This document shows, piece by piece, positions 58,373 to 64,000 of a stretch of 64,000 nt of DNA. Within the stretch, counting starts at the first letter, position 1. The number at the start of each line of letters is the position of its first letter. The notes under the pieces are model-generated. The model saw nothing but the letters and a program-made list of their open reading frames with translations, was not told the origin of the DNA and made no database searches. Source of the DNA: Candidatus Latescibacterota bacterium (GTDB lineage: Bacteria; Latescibacterota; UBA2968); contig OZ242010.1 of NCBI GenBank assembly GCA_965204745.1, forward strand, positions 4,192,001-4,256,000, read 5' to 3'. Both the position numbers and the translations under genes were made by a program.

Positions 58373-59191
58373 TCAAACCGTCAGGGTCACGGAATCCCTT
58401 TTCACAATCTCTTTTTCGTACGTATAGGACTGGGTTTCGAGCAGTTCGCACGTTTCGGGTGAAAGCATCGCCAGGACCGACTCGGGAAATTCGTGGAGTT
58501 GGCGATGGTACTGCGGGCGGTAGCGCAAAATCAGAAATCGCCGATCCCGATCTTTGGGTTGCCACGCCAATGCCCCGTGCGTCATCAACTCGGTCGTCAC
58601 CACGACATCGCCCGCCTTTGCCGTCACATTCGTCACGCCCAGGGGCACATCGCTTTCCAACCAACCATCGTTGAATACATCTTGAGGCCGCTTAAAATCG
58701 CCCTTGTGTGACCCCGGCACCAGCAATAACCCACCATCCCCGGGCAACACGTCCGTCAGGTAGATAAACACCACCAGATCATCGCAGTAAATTTTCCCAT
58801 CATCGCAACTATACCGGCAGCTATACGGCCCAAAACTCTCGCGTGAACAATGCAGGCGATGCGCCGGATCCTCGGCCGCGTTGATCCGCACATCGCCGCT
58901 GTTGAGGCGCGGGCGTCTCCCGGACACCTCCAGCACAATGGGCCAAAATGACCGGTGAAAGACCAAGGCTTCCAGTGCCTTGTCAACCGCAAAGGCGTAT
59001 TTGTAGTGCGACCGATTCTCGTCAAATAGCGACGTGGAACGCCCAAACGCCTCGGGCAATTCAGCGGGCGCGGCATTCACATATCGATCCACAGCCTCTT
59101 GCGCGGCTTTCAACTCTGCGCGGCTCAGGGCTTGTTCCAAGTGCAAATACCCCATCACGTCGAACAGATAACGTTGTGCATCTGTCATCAT
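58373..59191 (-). CDS. Phytanoyl-CoA dioxygenase (PhyH) family protein
   Basis: Motifs YLFDVMGYL, YLTDV..GDGGL..VPGSHK, KAGDV......THG. Confidence 0.85.
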   Translation of the reverse strand: MMTDAQRYLFDVMGYLHLEQALSRAELKAAQEAVDRYVNAAPAELPEAFGRSTSLFDENRSHYKYAFAVDKALEALVFHRSFWPIVLEVSGRRPRLNSGDVRINAAEDPAHRLHCSRESFGPYSCRYSCDDGKIYCDDLVVFIYLTDVLPGDGGLLLVPGSHKGDFKRPQDVFNDGWLESDVPLGVTNVTAKAGDVVVTTELMTHGALAWQPKDRDRRFLILRYRPQYHRQLHEFPESVLAMLSPETCELLETQSYTYEKEIVKRDSVTLTV

Positions 59192-59305
59192 ACTCTCTCC
59201 AAAATTGCCAAAATCGGCGAGCCGTCCTGTTTCCACGCGCCTTTGAACTGGCTGTCGCCAGTTGTACCCCGCTCGTGCCTTTTGTGGCTAAGGGCCGCAC
59301 GCGCT

Positions 59306-59725
59306 TTACTCCGCTTTCCACTCCGCGATCTTTTCCTCTGCCTTGCGGCGCAATTCCCGGCCCTTGTCCGGGGTGGGGTCTTTGACAATGCCGTAAATCT
59401 GGCGGCCTTCGTGGTCTTCGGGCAGATATTCCGTAATGGGCATGCCTTCGGGTGTGACAAAGAGCAAGCAGTGGCAGTATTTGAAAATTTTCATTTCATC
59501 ACACGCGCAAACCCATTCTCGGCTGCGCTCGAGCTCGGCTTTTTTGTCAGGATAAAAATTGCACGGGCAAAGCGGGCGGCCCACGTCATCGATGTTCTGT
59601 GCAAGCCCATTGATGACCGTATCCGCGATCTCGCGGGTCGGATGCGGCGACGTCCCGGTTTTCTCCCAGTACTTGTCCGTGTAAATCTGCATCCTCTTGA
59701 GGTTTTTCTCGGTGGGTTGAGACAT
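59306..59725 (-). CDS. Ferredoxin-thioredoxin reductase catalytic subunit-like protein
   Basis: G.PLCPC, WVCAC..M, YCHCLLF. Confidence 0.88.
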   Translation of the reverse strand: MSQPTEKNLKRMQIYTDKYWEKTGTSPHPTREIADTVINGLAQNIDDVGRPLCPCNFYPDKKAELERSREWVCACDEMKIFKYCHCLLFVTPEGMPITEYLPEDHEGRQIYGIVKDPTPDKGRELRRKAEEKIAEWKAE

Positions 59726-59784
59726 AGGTCATTCCTTTACAAAGAGTTGTTGAGATAGGTCAACGCCAGAAACGTGTGGCACAA

Positions 59785-60858
59785 CTAAGGGGACTGTGTG
59801 GCAGGCCCCAAAAATCGGTTGATCGCGGTCATCAAGGTGAGGGCGATCAAGAGCAGGCTACCCAACTTAATCAGCAAGCGTTGTTCAAGAGCCTTGATCT
59901 CAGCCCGAACCGCTTGAATCTCGTTTCGCAGGGACGACTCGGTTTGCTCCAAATTGCTTTGAACCGCCTGAATCTCACTCCGCAAGGTCGCCTCGGTTTT
60001 CTCCAAATTGCTTTGAACCGCCTGAATCTCACTCCGCAGAGTCGCCTCGGTTTTCCCCAAGTCGTTGCGAACCGCTTGAATCTCGCTCCGCAGAGATGCC
60101 TCGGTCTTCTCCAAATCGCTGCGAACCGCTTGAATCTCGCTCCGCAGAGATGCCTCGGTTTTCTCCAAATCGTCACGCAGGGCTTGAATCTCGCTCCGCA
60201 GAGATGCCTCGGTCTTTTCCAAATCGCCGCGCAAAACCTCAACTTCGCTACGAACCGCTTGAATCTCACTCCGCAGAGATGCCTCGGTTTTCTCCAAATC
60301 GTCACGCAGGGCTTGAATCTCGCTCCGCAGAGATGCCTCGGTTTTCTCCAAATCGCCGCGCAAAACCTCAACTTCGTTGCGAACCGCTTGAATCTCGCTC
60401 CGCAAGGTCGCCTCGGTTTTCTCCAAATCGCCGCGCAAAACCTCAATTTCGTTGCGAACCGCTTGAATCTCGCTCCGCAAGGTCGCCTCGGTTTTCTCCA
60501 AATCGCCGCGCAAAACCTCAACTTCATTGCGAACCGCTTGAATCTCGCTCCGCAAGGTCGCCTCGGTTTTCTCCAAATCGCCGCGCAAAACCTCAACTTC
60601 GCCGCGCAAAACCTCAACTTCGCTACGAACCGCTTGAATCTCACTCCGCAGAGATGCCTCGGTTTTCTCCAAATCGCCGCGCAGGGCTTGCATCTCACTC
60701 CGCAGGGACATCTCGGTCTTCTCCAAGTCATCCCGAGTCGCCATATCCTCGCCGATTCCTTCGGCAAAGATATTCACCAAAGCATGCGCCTGATGCTCGT
60801 CAAAGTCGGCTTCCTCTTGCAACCGCAGGGACGCCTTGAGCGTATCGAATCCAATCAT
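59785..60858 (-). CDS. DUF1640/CCDC90-like membrane-anchored coiled-coil protein with an expanded stalk
   Basis: Head FDTL....L...F.E.QA.AL, ATRDDL neck, long repeats, C-terminal TM. Confidence 0.8.
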   Translation of the reverse strand: MIGFDTLKASLRLQEEADFDEHQAHALVNIFAEGIGEDMATRDDLEKTEMSLRSEMQALRGDLEKTEASLRSEIQAVRSEVEVLRGEVEVLRGDLEKTEATLRSEIQAVRNEVEVLRGDLEKTEATLRSEIQAVRNEIEVLRGDLEKTEATLRSEIQAVRNEVEVLRGDLEKTEASLRSEIQALRDDLEKTEASLRSEIQAVRSEVEVLRGDLEKTEASLRSEIQALRDDLEKTEASLRSEIQAVRSDLEKTEASLRSEIQAVRNDLGKTEATLRSEIQAVQSNLEKTEATLRSEIQAVQSNLEQTESSLRNEIQAVRAEIKALEQRLLIKLGSLLLIALTLMTAINRFLGPATQSP

Positions 60859-60984
60859 GTGGCTGCTCCTATCCTTTGTACGTTGAACACAGTGATCGCG
60901 CTGAAGGCGATCACCTATCGAACTGTCTTCATGGTACAGCAAAAAAACCCCATGAGCAAGAACAAATGTTCTTTTTTCGCGCTC

Positions 60985-63036
60985 TCACTCCTCACACCTC
61001 GCTTCTACCTTCGCCAAGTGGGGCAGATAGCCTTGTCGCTGGAGCGTGTGAATCAGGGATTCGGGTTTTATCGCGGCATTGAGAGACGCGGTGGTGGGTG
61101 AAACGCGCACGCCCAAAGCCCGTGCGACTCGGGGTTGGGCATAGAGTTCGTCGAGCAATTCACGCGACGCGGTTTTGACGAGCCCACTGTCCGGGATGAT
61201 CTCGATCTCGCCGTATTTGTCGGCGCACTCCGCGATGAGGGCTTTGACCACGTCTGGCAAACCGGCCGCGCTGTGTTGGGTCAAAAACGCTTCTATCTCC
61301 TCTCCGGACAAACCGCGTGCGAGGGCGCGGCGAATCGAATCGCGGGATAGATGAAAGCACGCCATCACATCCTGCGTCTTGAGATCGCCCAAAACACACA
61401 TGTCGAGATAGTGCGCGCAGGGAAAATCCGGCGGTAACAAAACCTCAAAATTGGGCTGCACAACGCATTTTGCATCTGCATTTTGCACGGGGACCTGTTC
61501 GAGCAGGGCGTCCTCTCGCACATCGTGCAACAGTGCGTACCCCGCGTTTGTGATCTGAAAGACCGCGGGTTTGCCTCGCTTTCGAGGTTCTGAAAACGCG
61601 CCAAAATTGCCCACGCGCACAATGCCCATCCACATCAGCGCGCCGCTGATGACGCGGCGCAACAACTCGTCGTCGGTGGTGCCGCTGCGCGTTGGGTTTT
61701 CGGCAAAATGGCGAAACGGCTCTGAAAAGCGCGTCAAAAATTGGTAATACGAAGAATACGTCATCCAGGTATCCGCGGGGCAACGCCGCAGGCTTCGCAC
61801 GATTTCCCGGCGGAGATTTTTGAGTTCGCTCATGCGCGTGCTGTCCGCTCGCGTGCGATCCGCGGACCACTCATTCCAGCGGTCGCTTTGAAACCAAAAC
61901 GCAAAACACGCCTTGCGAATGGCGATGATCTGTTCCAGCCGCGCCCCCGCATCCGCAACCACGTACCAAGCCGTGTCGCAGAGTTCCACCAGCCGATATG
62001 TTTCGGCAAAAAGCGCGAGAAACTCGACATAGCCCGGCTCGTTCTGGATGTGGCAGAGCTTGCCCGCATCTCGCAAATCGCTCTTGGAAATCCCCCCGTG
62101 CTTGAGCCTGCGCGGCAACCGGCGCGCAAAAGTGCCGAGCAATGTGGTCAAGTCGCGGATGAGATGGGCCGTGTTTTCGCGGATGGACGTAGGCGGGGAA
62201 TCCGGTGTTTCGATGAGGTCGTCCAGACGGCTTTCGAGTTGCCCGCCCCGCGCCTGCGCGATTTTGGACAAGGCCACGCGCAGGTCGGACGCCAAGCAGA
62301 TGGGGGCATCGGCCGTGGTCAGTTCCCGGTCTGGCGCGTAAAAGATCGGCATTTTCCAGCGCATGTCCTCCAACTCGCGCGTTGCGGCTTCCCCTAATTT
62401 TTTTGCGACTTTGCGCCGCGTGAGCGCGTTGTCAGCCAAGAACAAATCCAAGATGGCGCGGCGTTCTTCGCTGAGCGTGTCGAGAAAGGCGTGCAGGGTT
62501 TCGGGCGCGAGCAGGGCATTGGCAATCGCGTGGCCCACGATGGGTTTGCGCGTGTCCAAAAGGCGCAGGCCAATTCGATCTGCAAACGCGCGCAACAACC
62601 CCACGGATACGGGTTTGACCAGGGCGCGCAATCGGCCCTGATCCGCGGCGGGAATGGGAATGGATTTGAGAAGGGATTCCGGAATGCCGATCAAAACATG
62701 GGCATCGCCCAAGGTGTGCGCGTCCCGAAACACCAGCCCGGTCAACGCGCTGACTCGGGCGTGCAACCGGGGCAAAAAACCATTGGCGTAAATATCAACG
62801 GCCTCTGCCTCCAACAACTCACCCCCTTCAGCCGCGAGATTCCGCACCATCGCACGTTGCTCCTCCGACAAGGCACAAAGTCGCTCGGCCACCCGCTCGG
62901 GTTCGGGCAACACGCGACAAAGCACATCCACGAGGAAGGTTTTGTTATTCCCTCGGTCCAATACGACGCCCGCATCGCGTGCGAGTTGACGCAACGTACT
63001 GACCGGATACTGGGTAAGCGCGGCGCGAAGGGTCAT
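60985..63036 (-). CDS. Protein with a C-terminal XPB-associated (Helicase_C_3-like) domain
   Basis: VVQPNFEVL...F.LSRDSI.RAL..G.S.EEI..FL..HS...LP..V...I.E....YG. Confidence 0.7.
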   Translation of the reverse strand: MTLRAALTQYPVSTLRQLARDAGVVLDRGNNKTFLVDVLCRVLPEPERVAERLCALSEEQRAMVRNLAAEGGELLEAEAVDIYANGFLPRLHARVSALTGLVFRDAHTLGDAHVLIGIPESLLKSIPIPAADQGRLRALVKPVSVGLLRAFADRIGLRLLDTRKPIVGHAIANALLAPETLHAFLDTLSEERRAILDLFLADNALTRRKVAKKLGEAATRELEDMRWKMPIFYAPDRELTTADAPICLASDLRVALSKIAQARGGQLESRLDDLIETPDSPPTSIRENTAHLIRDLTTLLGTFARRLPRRLKHGGISKSDLRDAGKLCHIQNEPGYVEFLALFAETYRLVELCDTAWYVVADAGARLEQIIAIRKACFAFWFQSDRWNEWSADRTRADSTRMSELKNLRREIVRSLRRCPADTWMTYSSYYQFLTRFSEPFRHFAENPTRSGTTDDELLRRVISGALMWMGIVRVGNFGAFSEPRKRGKPAVFQITNAGYALLHDVREDALLEQVPVQNADAKCVVQPNFEVLLPPDFPCAHYLDMCVLGDLKTQDVMACFHLSRDSIRRALARGLSGEEIEAFLTQHSAAGLPDVVKALIAECADKYGEIEIIPDSGLVKTASRELLDELYAQPRVARALGVRVSPTTASLNAAIKPESLIHTLQRQGYLPHLAKVEARCEE

Positions 63037-63092
63037 GGGAAATTTCGGAAAAAAATTAAGACACCTACGACCCGTAAGTGCCTAAAAAAAAG

Positions 63093-63165
63093 TGGAGCCG
63101 AGCGGGATCGAACCGCCGACCTTTTGACTGCCAGTCAAACGCTCTCCCAGTTGAGCTACGGCCCC
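63093..63165 (-). tRNA. tRNA-Ala (GGC), CCA not encoded
   Basis: GGGGCCG/CGGCTCC acceptor stem with G3:U70, TTTGA-CTGGCAG-TCAAA anticodon arm, GGTTCGATCC. Confidence 0.95.
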
Positions 63166-63186
63166 ACTGCTGTGATGTGTGGTTCA

Positions 63187-63215
63187 AGAGTAACAAAATG
63201 AGAGGCCAATGTCAA
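63187..63215 (-). promoter_or_regulatory. Promoter for tRNA-Ala
   Basis: TTGACA-17-TACTCT with a TG extension. Confidence 0.6.
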
Positions 63216-63234
63216 GCAAAAAGCCGAACCGGGC

Positions 63235-64000
<766 letters not shown>

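Overview
This window is a GC-rich bacterial chromosome segment. The gene mix (futalosine menaquinone genes, LptD, a DUF6785-like membrane protein, sulfatase, heparinase, PhyH, and ankyrin/WG/LRR repeat proteins) suggests a diderm, possibly a host-associated Latescibacterota/Gemmatimonadota-like lineage; that assignment is inference. Most of the window is housekeeping: gap, pfkA, lysA, priA, pheA, fsa, mqnACE, recN, xseAB, rny, infC-rpmI-rplT, ligA and two tRNAs. Intergenic regions are crowded with heptamer microsatellites, REP-like hairpins and MITE-like repeats. Four highlights stand out. (1) Two apparently identical IS110 elements carry a bridge RNA that can be decoded from the sequence; its target loop is programmed against the genome's own TCTYMCC heptamer repeats. 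(2) A lower-GC putative defence island contains a HEPN-DGQHR(DndB-like) fusion paired with an effector-less DGQHR paralog, plus an AbiJ-like HEPN gene and a PIN toxin-antitoxin pair. (3) A transposase-less, IS607-like TnpB element has 40-bp inverted ends and a pseudoknot-capable leader. (4) A membrane protein + pYEATS gene pair is inserted after recN. All family assignments come from motif recognition by eye, not from database searches.
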